From an uncultured Candidatus Micrarchaeota archaeon (GTDB lineage Archaea > Micrarchaeota > Micrarchaeia > Anstonellales > Bilamarchaeaceae): DNA of 64,000 nucleotides. Position numbers and translations under genes: made by a program. Shown here one piece after another: positions 18,956 to 28,384 of the stretch. The first letter of the stretch is position 1; each line of letters begins with the position of its first letter. A model generated the notes under the pieces. It did not search any database. It saw nothing but the letters and a program-made list of their open reading frames with translations, and was not told where the DNA came from. The DNA is taken from contig OY970229.1 in NCBI GenBank assembly GCA_963714085.1, forward strand, positions 576,001 to 640,000, read 5' to 3'.

Positions 18956-19828
18956 ATGGGAGAAGAAAAAACGGCAGCGGGAAAACCAGATGCGAGGACG
19001 CACTTCAAGACGAGGATGGCAGAACTGAAGACCGCGTTAAAAGAAGTGAGTGGGGTGCTCAGTGCTGATAAAGGCGTAACGACGGGAGCCACTGACCGGG
19101 GACTGGCCGCCATTCATAACGCGGTTGTCGCAATCGAGGGCATAATGAAAGAGGATGACGAAAGAACTACTACTCGAGATAACAGGGTTGAGGAAGTTGC
19201 CAAGACTGCCGGCCAAGCAGGTATAAAGGCTGGTAACGCCGAACGTGTTTCGGGAGAGGCAACAACTGCAGTGGACGGACTAGAGAAGAGGGTCAAGGCG
19301 ACCGAAGGTGCAAACGCGGACATGAATGGCAGACTAGGCGAAATCGAGAAGGGATGGCCGGTCCTGTCCGACTTGATACAGCAGGTCCAAAAAGCGATAC
19401 ATTTCGTAGAGACCTACGGCGAAGTGCTCGGAGAGGGCGCGCTGAACATACAGGTTTCCACTGCGCTCGCAAGCGGTGATTACTCCGATGTCCTGGACTC
19501 TCACGAGCCGGGTCAGATCCGGAAAGCGATCGATAGAATAGCCGCTGACCCAGAATCCGATGTCTGGGGCACTGCAGTGGAGATGAGCACGGAGGACAGC
19601 CCGGCCGCGAATGCATTCGCAAAGTCAGTCGCAACATGGCTGGCAGGGTACGCTGATACCAAAGACGAGCACTTCGACGGTGCGTGCCGCAAAGCGGTAG
19701 AGTGCGTCGTAAATCCGAATATCCTGGCAGTGGCGCTCAAGGATCTTGCCGCTTCGGGTGGCGAAGTAGGAGATGCGGCGCAGAAAACGATGGATAGGGC
19801 GTTCAAGGCGAGTGAAGAGGAGTCTTAG
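18956..19828 (+). CDS. Hypothetical coiled-coil protein (gene 1 of orphan operon)
   Basis: GGTGA SD; AT-rich promoter region upstream; heptad-like N-terminal half. Confidence 0.75.
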   Translation: MGEEKTAAGKPDARTHFKTRMAELKTALKEVSGVLSADKGVTTGATDRGLAAIHNAVVAIEGIMKEDDERTTTRDNRVEEVAKTAGQAGIKAGNAERVSGEATTAVDGLEKRVKATEGANADMNGRLGEIEKGWPVLSDLIQQVQKAIHFVETYGEVLGEGALNIQVSTALASGDYSDVLDSHEPGQIRKAIDRIAADPESDVWGTAVEMSTEDSPAANAFAKSVATWLAGYADTKDEHFDGACRKAVECVVNPNILAVALKDLAASGGEVGDAAQKTMDRAFKASEEES

Positions 19829-19840
19829 AGGGTGATTTTT

Positions 19841-21169
19841 ATGAAGCAAGACATACCAGGACGAAGGAAATTCGGAGCGGATTCGGCTAAGAAGCCGGAA
19901 GATAAAAAGCCAGTTTTTGCCAGAGGGGGCCAACCTCCTGCGGTGGAAACAGAGAGCAAACCTGCTGCGGCGGAAGCTGCGCCAATCCCGATTGGACGTG
20001 GCGCTGCGGCTGGACCTGTTGTGAAACCGCCGGCCTTGACCATCGCACGAACTCCTGCAGAGACTACGGCGAAACCGAAGAAGAATGCTCCTGCTGATTC
20101 CAATACGCCTCGCGAGAGCCAGGTTGCTACTGTCGTTCCGGGAGATACCCAGGAGGATGAGCCCTCACTCGCCACTGCATGGGATGACGAAGGCCTTCCA
20201 GCACCCGTAGGACATGACGATGGAGCGGTCATCATTGCAGATATGGCTGCGCATCCGCCGGGAGCGGCCCGACCGCCTCAGACTACCCAAGAAGTTGATG
20301 ATGGGGACTTACTTAGGTCCGTTGAAGATGGACCAACACCCGGACCGGAACCGGCAGACATAGGTGGCGATCCAGTCCAAGATGGCAGAACGATACAAGA
20401 TAAGAGGATTGAACCAGAGGATGATATCCTTTCTTCAGCAGACGTGGGCGTAGTGGATGATGAACTTGGAAAGCGAGGACCAGCACCTGAAGCTGGTGGA
20501 GCAGCGTCCGGACCGAAAGTAGATGGATCTGGTCCTAAGGCCAAGGGACCCTCGGATGAACATGAGAAGCCGCACAGATGGATAATCGCCATAGGGGCGT
20601 TGCTATTCACTGGCGGAGTTCTTATCGGGCACTACACGAAAAGGGAAAAGATAGTCCGTGTCCCTGCTAACTGCGACACTTGCCCGGCGAAGCAGGTGCC
20701 TGCTCCGAAAGCGGAGGTCGTAGAGCTGCCGAAGGCCGAAGCACCGGCTGTCGCGGCTGTTGAACCTGCGCCGGTCGTCGAGACTGTCACGGTTGGCAAG
20801 AAGGGGAAGCAGCATGCGGCTCCGAAAACAGATGGAGCAAAGAAGAGTACCGGCGGGTGCTCCTCCCTCAAAGACGCGGATGGGGCTGCGACCGCGGGCC
20901 AGGTGCCGACAGATATCTGGCGGGCGGCCCGGATCGGAGTGGACACTCTGCAAGGACAGCTCACAGGCACTGTGCAAGTCACATACCTGCTCTGCCCGAA
21001 TCCAAATGGAGAGAAGGGCGTAACCGCGCACCTTATTGGCGTTAAAGGAGCCGGCCCACTTACCACACAGGTCGAAGCCAACGTGAGGTCCCAGTTCGAT
21101 GGTTTGAAGGGAAACGACTCCGGGATTTCCACGGTGAAAGTAGTCAGGGAAGACGTTCCGCATGAATGA
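19841..21169 (+). CDS. Hypothetical single-pass membrane protein: disordered N-terminus, TM helix, Pro/Ala stalk, C-terminal domain paralogous to 23172-23951
   Basis: GGTGA SD before ATG 19841; TM WIIAIGALLFTGGVLIG; VQVTYLLCP..GEKGVTA motif. Confidence 0.75.
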   Translation: MKQDIPGRRKFGADSAKKPEDKKPVFARGGQPPAVETESKPAAAEAAPIPIGRGAAAGPVVKPPALTIARTPAETTAKPKKNAPADSNTPRESQVATVVPGDTQEDEPSLATAWDDEGLPAPVGHDDGAVIIADMAAHPPGAARPPQTTQEVDDGDLLRSVEDGPTPGPEPADIGGDPVQDGRTIQDKRIEPEDDILSSADVGVVDDELGKRGPAPEAGGAASGPKVDGSGPKAKGPSDEHEKPHRWIIAIGALLFTGGVLIGHYTKREKIVRVPANCDTCPAKQVPAPKAEVVELPKAEAPAVAAVEPAPVVETVTVGKKGKQHAAPKTDGAKKSTGGCSSLKDADGAATAGQVPTDIWRAARIGVDTLQGQLTGTVQVTYLLCPNPNGEKGVTAHLIGVKGAGPLTTQVEANVRSQFDGLKGNDSGISTVKVVREDVPHE

Positions 21170-21190
21170 AGGGAACCGAGCGGTGCGAAG

Positions 21191-21856
21191 ATGCCAGAAA
21201 AATCCCCGGGCCCGATGACGCAATTCAGGGAAGCGTTAAGGGCTGGCGCCAAAGGACCCGCCGCAAGGGCGGTTGCAGCCAGACCGGGACAGGCACCGCC
21301 TTTCGCGCGCAAGAAACCAGCAGAGGAGCAGGCTGGAGCGAACCCGGACGCCGGGCAGATTGCTGGCGGGCCGGTGAAGCAGCCGGCTGGAGCGAAGGAG
21401 CCTTCACCAGACGAGAGAATCGCAGCGCTCGAGAGGGAGCTTGACACGTACCGGGAAGTTCTCGACGCTCTGGCCGGAGAGGTCGAGCGCATGCAGACCG
21501 TGCATCGCGCCGGGCACAGGTTCGAACGGATGGCTACCAGGATAACCGATCAGATAACTGCGGAATTCGATCTTGATGCCAGGGTCACCGGGGTCGACGC
21601 GGGTGCCATGAAGCGCATGCACAGGAGAAACGTCGGCATATTCGACTTCGTTAGGTCGTTGCTTACGAAATTAGGAGACGAGCTGGCTAGAGAACAGGCT
21701 AGAACGGATTCCAGGATAGAGGCGATGCAAAAGGCAATCGGCTCCATCCAACATGACGTGCAGCGTATGCAGACGGCTCTGGCCGTGAAATCCGTAGCCG
21801 GGCAACCTGAACAAACCCAGAAATCCTGGTGGCCCTGGCCCAGGAAACCCAAGTGA
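21191..21856 (+). CDS. Hypothetical coiled-coil protein with Trp/basic C-terminal tail
   Basis: Heptads ERIAALERELDTYREVLDALAGEVERM; ends KSWWPWPRKPK. Confidence 0.7.
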   Translation: MPEKSPGPMTQFREALRAGAKGPAARAVAARPGQAPPFARKKPAEEQAGANPDAGQIAGGPVKQPAGAKEPSPDERIAALERELDTYREVLDALAGEVERMQTVHRAGHRFERMATRITDQITAEFDLDARVTGVDAGAMKRMHRRNVGIFDFVRSLLTKLGDELAREQARTDSRIEAMQKAIGSIQHDVQRMQTALAVKSVAGQPEQTQKSWWPWPRKPK

Positions 21857-21861
21857 TAAGA

Positions 21862-23175
21862 ATGGCAGAAACCAGACCACCGGCTGATATCGAGAAGCTG
21901 CGGGCGCAGCTGAGACATGCACGCGGGATCGCGCGTGGCCCAGCGTCAGCGGTGAGTAGTTTCCACGCCACCGATGACAGAGTAAAGGATCCGGCCGTTT
22001 CCAAAAAATCGGACGCCGCGGTTCCACAAAAACCGGCTCCCCCGGGTTCTTCCATTTCCCCGTATGGGCCAACCCAATACGTCGAGCCTGCGAAAGGCCC
22101 GCGCCCTCCGCAAGCAGCGGCCAAGAGCGCCGCGACAGCGGTACCGGCCGGCGCAAATGAGAACCCTGTCGACCTCGACCCAGTAACGGACATAGGATTC
22201 AAATTTTTCGGCATGAGGGTGAGCGACCTGCGGGGAGTGATAGGCAGGAACAAAGCCGAGATAAGGAAAAGATTCCCCGCGGTGCCGAAGGTGAAGGTAA
22301 CGCTCATGCTCAAAGAGGGCGTGTATTCAGTCGTGAAGTACGACCCGCCCGAGCTCAAGCCCGTACTCCATGACAAATTCGATGCGGTGCTCAAGGAGAT
22401 GGCCAGGGATACAAGAGAACACAAGCGGACCTACCGCTGCACTTTCGATTATACGCTCCAGGACGCGTTCTCCATGACCCCGGTTCAGCAGCCACGCGCC
22501 AACCCACGCGCAACTGTCGAGCTTCTTGGGCCGGACGGGGCGGCGTTCGCTGCCGCTGGTGCGCCGCCCGAGCTTATGGACACGTGCAATTACCATCTCC
22601 TGCCCGGCCCAGCAGGATATCTGTTCATGCTGCCCGACAAGGACCCGACGAAGAATAGGAAGGTGTACTACGAAGTGAAACTGGCGAAGAAGGACGATTT
22701 CCAGCATCTGTTCGCGGTGTCCAAAGTCATTGACGGCAAGAGGACCCAGATGCAGAGCATAGCTCTCGACATGACCAGCGAGAATGAGCGCTTCGGATTC
22801 CCTGACGAGGGCATAGAGATAAGCTTCTCAGAGTTCAAAGGCGGCGAGAAGGCCATGATGGTGGACCGCCTCAACATCGCCCGGGAGGCAGAACCTGCAG
22901 CCACGCATTCCAAGGACGAGAGGGCATTTGTTGGCCTGTTCGGGCTGACCGGTGTGGCAGGGTTGATCGCGCTTCCAGAGATCGTCGGCTTCCTTAATAA
23001 GCTCGCCAGCTTGACGGACCTGAATTATACCGGTTCGGTTCCGGAATCCTTGACAATAGGCTCCCATACTATTCCAATAAGGCAGGTGCTTGCAGTATCC
23101 GCAATGACGTGGCTAGGCGTAGTCGCAGGGGTCAGCAAGCTCTGTTCCAGGAAGAAAAAAGGTGATACCAAATGA
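21862..23175 (+). CDS. Hypothetical membrane protein with two C-terminal TM helices
   Basis: Long ORF coupled to neighbours (ATGA overlap at 23172); hydrophobic AFVGLFGLTGVAGLIALP and VLAVSAMTWLGVVAGV. Confidence 0.75.
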   Translation: MAETRPPADIEKLRAQLRHARGIARGPASAVSSFHATDDRVKDPAVSKKSDAAVPQKPAPPGSSISPYGPTQYVEPAKGPRPPQAAAKSAATAVPAGANENPVDLDPVTDIGFKFFGMRVSDLRGVIGRNKAEIRKRFPAVPKVKVTLMLKEGVYSVVKYDPPELKPVLHDKFDAVLKEMARDTREHKRTYRCTFDYTLQDAFSMTPVQQPRANPRATVELLGPDGAAFAAAGAPPELMDTCNYHLLPGPAGYLFMLPDKDPTKNRKVYYEVKLAKKDDFQHLFAVSKVIDGKRTQMQSIALDMTSENERFGFPDEGIEISFSEFKGGEKAMMVDRLNIAREAEPAATHSKDERAFVGLFGLTGVAGLIALPEIVGFLNKLASLTDLNYTGSVPESLTIGSHTIPIRQVLAVSAMTWLGVVAGVSKLCSRKKKGDTK

Positions 23176-23951
23176 CCGGCCCAATGATCAGAATGAAACC
23201 CCAGAACAATGGCAGAGACGACAGGAAGTGGTACCAGAGGCCGTACATGGGAGTCGCAGCTGGGACCGTCGCGATCGCCGCGCTTGCCTTGACATTAGAT
23301 CACTGCAGCACTAAACCCAAGCCTCCGGAGCCACCCACGTGCCCGGAGTCCAAGCCTGCGGTGTGCGAGGATTGCTGCCCGCCAGGCCACAGGAAAGTAG
23401 TCTCGAAGGAGCAATTCGGAATCAATATAAAATGCATCGACCCCCTCACCGAGCCCAGATGCCCGGACGGGAAATGCAATGGCAAGGAGACGCCGGAGAC
23501 CTGCCCCCAGGACTGCAAGCCGCAGCGCGAGAAGTCTAAGGCTGCGGTTCGCGCACAGCCGGAACCGGTAGAGATACCGGAACCCGAGGCGCCTAAAGAA
23601 CCCGATTGCACCGAAGAGGGCGCCAAGCGCATAACCGCGGGCGAAGCGCCAGAAGCGTTCAGGAGGACGGTGAGGAAGGTCGTGGAGAACCACAGCGCCG
23701 CGCTTGTGGGCGATACCGCAGAGGTCACAGTCCTGGTCTGCCCGAAGAATGGTGGGGGGAAGGGCGTATACGCCCAGTTCGTCAAGGTGAACGTACGCGA
23801 TGCCAATGGCGATGCGGCTGGAGCCGGCGAGATCGAGAAGCTCACGGGCGACCTGACGGCGAAGCTCGATGGCAAGGAGGACCCCAACCGCGGGATCCCC
23901 CAGGTGGAGATCTTCACGCAAGCCATTCAGGTAAAACAGCAGAGCGAGTGA
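23172..23951 (+). CDS. Hypothetical single-pass membrane protein with Cys-rich/Pro-rich stalk and C-terminal domain paralogous to 19841-21169
   Basis: GGTGA SD; N-terminal TM; CPDGKCNGKETPETCPQDC; AEVTVLVCP..GGKGVYA. Confidence 0.78.
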   Translation: MTGPMIRMKPQNNGRDDRKWYQRPYMGVAAGTVAIAALALTLDHCSTKPKPPEPPTCPESKPAVCEDCCPPGHRKVVSKEQFGINIKCIDPLTEPRCPDGKCNGKETPETCPQDCKPQREKSKAAVRAQPEPVEIPEPEAPKEPDCTEEGAKRITAGEAPEAFRRTVRKVVENHSAALVGDTAEVTVLVCPKNGGGKGVYAQFVKVNVRDANGDAAGAGEIEKLTGDLTAKLDGKEDPNRGIPQVEIFTQAIQVKQQSE

Positions 23952-24070
23952 GCGGCCGGGCGCCTCGCAGGCCATCATTTAAACATCTTTTTTTCCTTAT
24001 TATCAGCATGGCCAAGCCCCTAAGCTCTATAGTTAAATACTCTTTCTAGCACCATATGCAGGAGATTCAT

Positions 24071-24832
24071 ATGCTTAAAAAAAAGCTTCACGGCCCGAAA
24101 CACGAAACGGCGCACACGCTGCACGCACAGACAAGAAAACCGCTGGTAGACACTAAAACTGGTTGCGTGCCAAAGCACATCCTTTTCGACGTCGACGATA
24201 CGCTGTTCCCCACGAGCGAGTTCGCCGAGCTCGCGCGCCGTAACGCCATCAGGGCTATGATAGAATTGGGCATGCAAAGGAGCGAAAGGGAGCTCCATAC
24301 CATGCTGATGGCCATAATCGCGGAGAAGGGCTCCAATTACCCGAACCATTTCGGTCTGCTCTGCTCCAGGCTGAAAGAGAAGAGGCCCGCCAGGTACGTC
24401 GCAGCCGCGGTGGGCGCGTACCACGACACCAAGACGTCCATCCAGCCCTATCCGGCGGTGCCCCGGACACTGCTGGCGCTCAGTGAGGAAGGCCACAAGA
24501 TATACGTGGCTACCAACGGGGGGGCGACCAAGCAGTGGGACAAGCTCATACGGCTCAAGATAGCGCTGTTCTTCGAGGACGTATTTGTATCCGAGGAGCT
24601 GGGCGAGGAGAAGAGCCCATCCTTCTTCAGGAGAGTGGTCAGGAGGCTCGGGGTCGAGCCGAGGGACTGCGTCATGGTTGGCGACAGGGAGGATGCCGAC
24701 ATATCCCCTGCCAAGGCGATAGGCATGCACACCATAAGGATGCGGACCGGCAAGCGCGCGGCAATCCCAACTTCTGCGGAGTTCCAGACAAAGGACTTCG
24801 GTGACATCCCGAAGATCGTGAACCGGCTGTGA
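24071..24832 (+). CDS. HAD-superfamily hydrolase (archaeal TIGR02253-like)
   Basis: FDVDDTL, TNG...KQWDKL, EEK.P, MVGDR..DI. Confidence 0.9.
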   Translation: MLKKKLHGPKHETAHTLHAQTRKPLVDTKTGCVPKHILFDVDDTLFPTSEFAELARRNAIRAMIELGMQRSERELHTMLMAIIAEKGSNYPNHFGLLCSRLKEKRPARYVAAAVGAYHDTKTSIQPYPAVPRTLLALSEEGHKIYVATNGGATKQWDKLIRLKIALFFEDVFVSEELGEEKSPSFFRRVVRRLGVEPRDCVMVGDREDADISPAKAIGMHTIRMRTGKRAAIPTSAEFQTKDFGDIPKIVNRL

Positions 24833-24884
24833 GCGTCACATACCATTTAAAAGATTAAGAGCCAAAGCCCATCAAGGTGTTCCC

Positions 24885-25742
24885 GTGTCCAGAAACGTGA
24901 CAATCGCGCTGCTCGGTTCTTTGGCTCTGTTCATCATGCTCTCAGGCTGCCTCGGAGGCGGCGTGAGCTGCTCGGGCAACGCGCAGTGCGCGCAATGGCA
25001 ATACTGCAACCAGACCGCCAAGGTATGCGAGACAGGGACGGGCTATTGCGCGTCGGACCTGGATTGCAACGCCACGCTCATGCAGTGCGACCTCAACATC
25101 ACGCACACCTGCGTCTTCAAGGAGGGGAAATGCCTCACGAACATGAACTGCCAGAAGTGGCAGGTCTGCGCATCAGACCAGAACTGCGAGCCCGCGCCAG
25201 GGTACTGCAGTGACAACACCCAGTGCGACCAGACCATGCAGTACTGCAATCCTGCGAACCACCTCTGCTCCCCGAAACCTGGCTTCTGCAACAAGGACAC
25301 CGACTGCAACGCGTGGGAGAAGTGCGATGTCACGAGCAAGAAGTGCGAGCTTATCCCCGGACACTGCAATGTCGACACCGACTGCCAGAGCTGGCAGGCC
25401 TGCAACGCGAAGACCTACGTGTGCCAGGCGAAGCAGGGCTTCTGCGGCAACGATGCGGACTGCCCGATCTGGGCCAGGTGCGACATGACCTCCCAGAAAT
25501 GCACGGCTAGGCAGGGATACTGCAATGCGGACAACAATTGCAACTGGTGGGAATACTGCGACCCGAGCAGCCACGTGTGCCACGCCAGCAGGGATTACTG
25601 CAGCACGGACAACGATTGCTCGACCTGGGAGGAATGCCAGGGCTCGACCCACCAGTGCATCGCAAGGCTGGGCTACTGCGACGCGGACACCGACTGCGCG
25701 TCTGGCCAGGTCTGCAACGAGGCCACCCATTACTGCCAGTAG
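24885..25742 (+). CDS. Cys-rich repeat lipoprotein (ten ~26-aa four-Cys repeats)
   Basis: Signal peptide with LSGC lipobox; repeat G[YF]CxxDxDCxxWxxCxxxxxxC; AAGGTG SD before GTG. Confidence 0.82.
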   Translation: MSRNVTIALLGSLALFIMLSGCLGGGVSCSGNAQCAQWQYCNQTAKVCETGTGYCASDLDCNATLMQCDLNITHTCVFKEGKCLTNMNCQKWQVCASDQNCEPAPGYCSDNTQCDQTMQYCNPANHLCSPKPGFCNKDTDCNAWEKCDVTSKKCELIPGHCNVDTDCQSWQACNAKTYVCQAKQGFCGNDADCPIWARCDMTSQKCTARQGYCNADNNCNWWEYCDPSSHVCHASRDYCSTDNDCSTWEECQGSTHQCIARLGYCDADTDCASGQVCNEATHYCQ

Positions 25743-25775
25743 CCGCTTTTTATCTTTTGCGTTCCTATTCCCCAC

Positions 25776-26630
25776 ATGGCACGCCGCGACGGCATCAGGT
25801 TCGGGCCTGCGGGCATCCCCATAGGCTGCAGCGGGGGATCCACGCCGGAGGGCATACGCTGCTGCAAGGAGCTCGGGCTCGGAGCCATGGAGGTCGAATT
25901 CGTGCGCGGGGTCCGCATGGGCGCCAAAGCCGCTGAGGAGGCGGGAGCGGCTGCCAGGGAGCTGGATGTCAGGATATCGTCCCATGCGCCTTATTACATC
26001 AATTTCTGCTCCGCTGAGAAGCCGAAGATCGCCAACAGCAGGAGGCACCTTTTCGAGTCCGCCAAAGCCACCCAGCTCGCGGGCGGCAGGATCACGGTGT
26101 TCCATCCGGGCTTCTACCAGAAGCTGGCTCCTGCGGAGGCCTACGCGGTGGCGAAGAAGGAGCTCGCCTCTCTATCCGAGGAGCTCTCCGAGCAGGGGAT
26201 ACGGACCGTGCTCGGGGCTGAGACCGTGGGCAGGAAATCGGCGTTCGGCTCGCTCAGCGAGAACATACGCCTCGCCCAGGATGTGGAGCAGGTGGAGCCT
26301 GTGCTGGATTTCGCGCACCTGCTCGCAAGGGGCGACTTCCCCTGCAGCAGCGCGGACGACTACCGCAGGCTGCTCGCGATGGTCGAGAAGGAGCTGCCCG
26401 GCTGGCAGAAGCACATCCACTGCCATTTCTCCGAGATAAACTACGGCGACAAGGGGGAGCTGAACCACCTGCCCCTGGGCACCGGGGACGCGCCGCCTTT
26501 CAAGCCGCTGATGCAGGTGCTCGCGGAGAACGGCTATTCCGGCACGGTGATATGCGAATCGCCGAAGCTGGAGATGGACGCCCTTCTCATGCAGAAGGAA
26601 TACGCGAGGCGCGCGGGGAGGGGCGGCTAG
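25776..26630 (+). CDS. Endonuclease IV-like (AP endonuclease 2, TIM barrel)
   Basis: SHAPYYIN, FHPG, ETVG, DFAH, HCHFS, ICESP. Confidence 0.9.
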   Translation: MARRDGIRFGPAGIPIGCSGGSTPEGIRCCKELGLGAMEVEFVRGVRMGAKAAEEAGAAARELDVRISSHAPYYINFCSAEKPKIANSRRHLFESAKATQLAGGRITVFHPGFYQKLAPAEAYAVAKKELASLSEELSEQGIRTVLGAETVGRKSAFGSLSENIRLAQDVEQVEPVLDFAHLLARGDFPCSSADDYRRLLAMVEKELPGWQKHIHCHFSEINYGDKGELNHLPLGTGDAPPFKPLMQVLAENGYSGTVICESPKLEMDALLMQKEYARRAGRGG

Positions 26631-27518
26631 ATGCTCGTAGACGAGCTGGAGGAGAGGGCCTTTGGGCTGAAGCAGAAGAAAGACGACCTGAGGAACCTCT
26701 ACAGGCAGTACCGGCAGTTCTATTCGAAGGATATCAGGGACGAGATGGCGGTGAGGAAGGCCGAGATCGCGAAGATGCGCGCAGAGGCCGCGGAGCTGGT
26801 CTGGGAGAGCCTCCAGGAGCTGCTCCTGATAAAGCGGTACTTCCCGGAGCTCTATGCCATGCTGCTCGACGACCCGGGCATAGGCGACGTGATAAGGCCC
26901 AGGAACTGGCTCGTGGACCGGAAAGAGGAGAGCCGGGAGCCTGCCGAGAAGCGGCTCAAGGACATAAAACGGCGCAGGCACGAGCTCAGGGAGGCCAGGA
27001 AGTTCGTGGACAAATGGCCGGGCAAAGAGCTGGACGAGAGGTCGCTGGTCGCCACCTGGCCCGCGCTCAAGGGGACGATAAAGGGGGACATGCACAAGTC
27101 GGACGCAGTCTCGGCCATAGACAAGAGGCAGAAGGAGCTTGTGCGGGAGGGCTGGACTGTGCTGCTCAACGCCTCCATGATAGCCGGGCCGCTGAGGAGG
27201 TTCCTTGCCAGGACCCAGAAGCTGAAGTCCGAGGAGCTCGCGAAACAGGTGGAGATGACCGGTGCGAAGGGCAAGGGCTCGGTCAAGGAGTACGAGGCCA
27301 AGAAGGCGTATGAGAAGGCGAAGGCGGACAGGGAGCGCATGGAGCGCATCTGCAGGCACCTGCTGCTCGCCAGCCCGCTGTTCCTGGAAGCCATGAAGAA
27401 GGAGCTGAAAGCCGGCAAGAAGGACAAGGGCGAGCTAGAGCGGATAGTGGCGTCCACCTCGGTGAGGAAGATAAACGAGCAGGAATGGCTCAAAGAGATG
27501 CGCAAAAGGCTCGGTTAG
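26631..27518 (+). CDS. Hypothetical basic helical protein
   Basis: Abuts the upstream stop; host-like codon usage. Confidence 0.7.
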   Translation: MLVDELEERAFGLKQKKDDLRNLYRQYRQFYSKDIRDEMAVRKAEIAKMRAEAAELVWESLQELLLIKRYFPELYAMLLDDPGIGDVIRPRNWLVDRKEESREPAEKRLKDIKRRRHELREARKFVDKWPGKELDERSLVATWPALKGTIKGDMHKSDAVSAIDKRQKELVREGWTVLLNASMIAGPLRRFLARTQKLKSEELAKQVEMTGAKGKGSVKEYEAKKAYEKAKADRERMERICRHLLLASPLFLEAMKKELKAGKKDKGELERIVASTSVRKINEQEWLKEMRKRLG

Positions 27519-28024
27519 TTCGTCTTTATCCTGTCTATGCGCCTGGCCAGGTCCTCCTTGAGCGCCTTGCTCACGAGAGGGTCCTTCCTGAAGAACATGA
27601 CGTAGAAGTTCCTGAGCATGGACTTGGTGCGCTCCTTGTCCAGCGCGAACGCCCGCTTCAGGTAGACCGCGCTCCTCGGGTCGTCCATGAACATGTAGCA
27701 CACCGCGGCGTAGAAATTGGAGAGTAGGTCGCTGCCGTCCAGCCTCAGCGCCTCGCTGAAATCGGCCAGGGCGTGCTCCAGCTCGAAGCGCTCAAGCCGC
27801 GCTATGCCTTTCATCCGGTAATATAGCGGGGCGCGCTTGATCGAGAGGGCGTGCTCGAACGCCTCGAGCGCGTCGTCGTAGTTCCTTAGCTTGAGGGAGA
27901 CCAGCCCGCGGAGGTACCATAATTCGTCGGTCTCGCGCTCCTGCAGGAGCCGAGCGAGGGCCCTGCCGGCCTCCCGGTATTTCTCGGCTGCGATGAGCGC
28001 CTTGGCTCCGCTTACGTCTGCCAT
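27515..28024 (-). CDS. TPR-repeat protein
   Basis: WYLRG...YDDALEAFEHAL and ALADFSEALRLD TPR patterns. Confidence 0.8.
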   Translation of the reverse strand: MADVSGAKALIAAEKYREAGRALARLLQERETDELWYLRGLVSLKLRNYDDALEAFEHALSIKRAPLYYRMKGIARLERFELEHALADFSEALRLDGSDLLSNFYAAVCYMFMDDPRSAVYLKRAFALDKERTKSMLRNFYVMFFRKDPLVSKALKEDLARRIDRIKTN

Positions 28025-28084
28025 GGTTTGATATCGGATGATTCCTTTATAAATGGTTTTGGACAAAAGTAAATGGGGTAAAAA

Positions 28085-28384
28085 ATGGAAATTAGCAGGG
28101 AAAAACCGGCCGTCGGTAAGGCGGTTGCCGAGAACGAGCAGCTCCGGGCAGTCCCAAGGAAAGCGCTTCCAGGAGCCAAGCCGGTGCTACGCGAGGTCGG
28201 CCATGCTCCGGAGCAGATCCACGAGAGGCTGGCGAAGAATTACCAGTGTGCCTCGGAGAGCACCTCCAAGACCTGCCTCGCGGCGGACCGCAGCATGGAA
28301 ATCGCCGCGAATATGGATTACTACAAGGTCAAGATGGGCAGGCCGCTCCATGAGAGGTTCGCTGGCTTTTTGGCATCGGTCTGA
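28085..28384 (+). CDS. Hypothetical protein
   Basis: 99-aa ORF filling the gap, TATA-like TTTATAAA upstream. Confidence 0.55.
   Translation: MEISREKPAVGKAVAENEQLRAVPRKALPGAKPVLREVGHAPEQIHERLAKNYQCASESTSKTCLAADRSMEIAANMDYYKVKMGRPLHERFAGFLASV

Noticed and set aside
18639..23951. Orphan operon as a tRNA-Ala-integrated provirus or island
   Set aside because: It lies on the 5' side of the tRNA; no att repeat, integrase or viral hallmark gene is visible
24960..25742. ~78-nt periodicity as a CRISPR-like or DNA repeat array
   Set aside because: Periodicity is at the protein level (Cys repeats); no identical DNA repeats and no cas genes. No CRISPR array seen anywhere in the window
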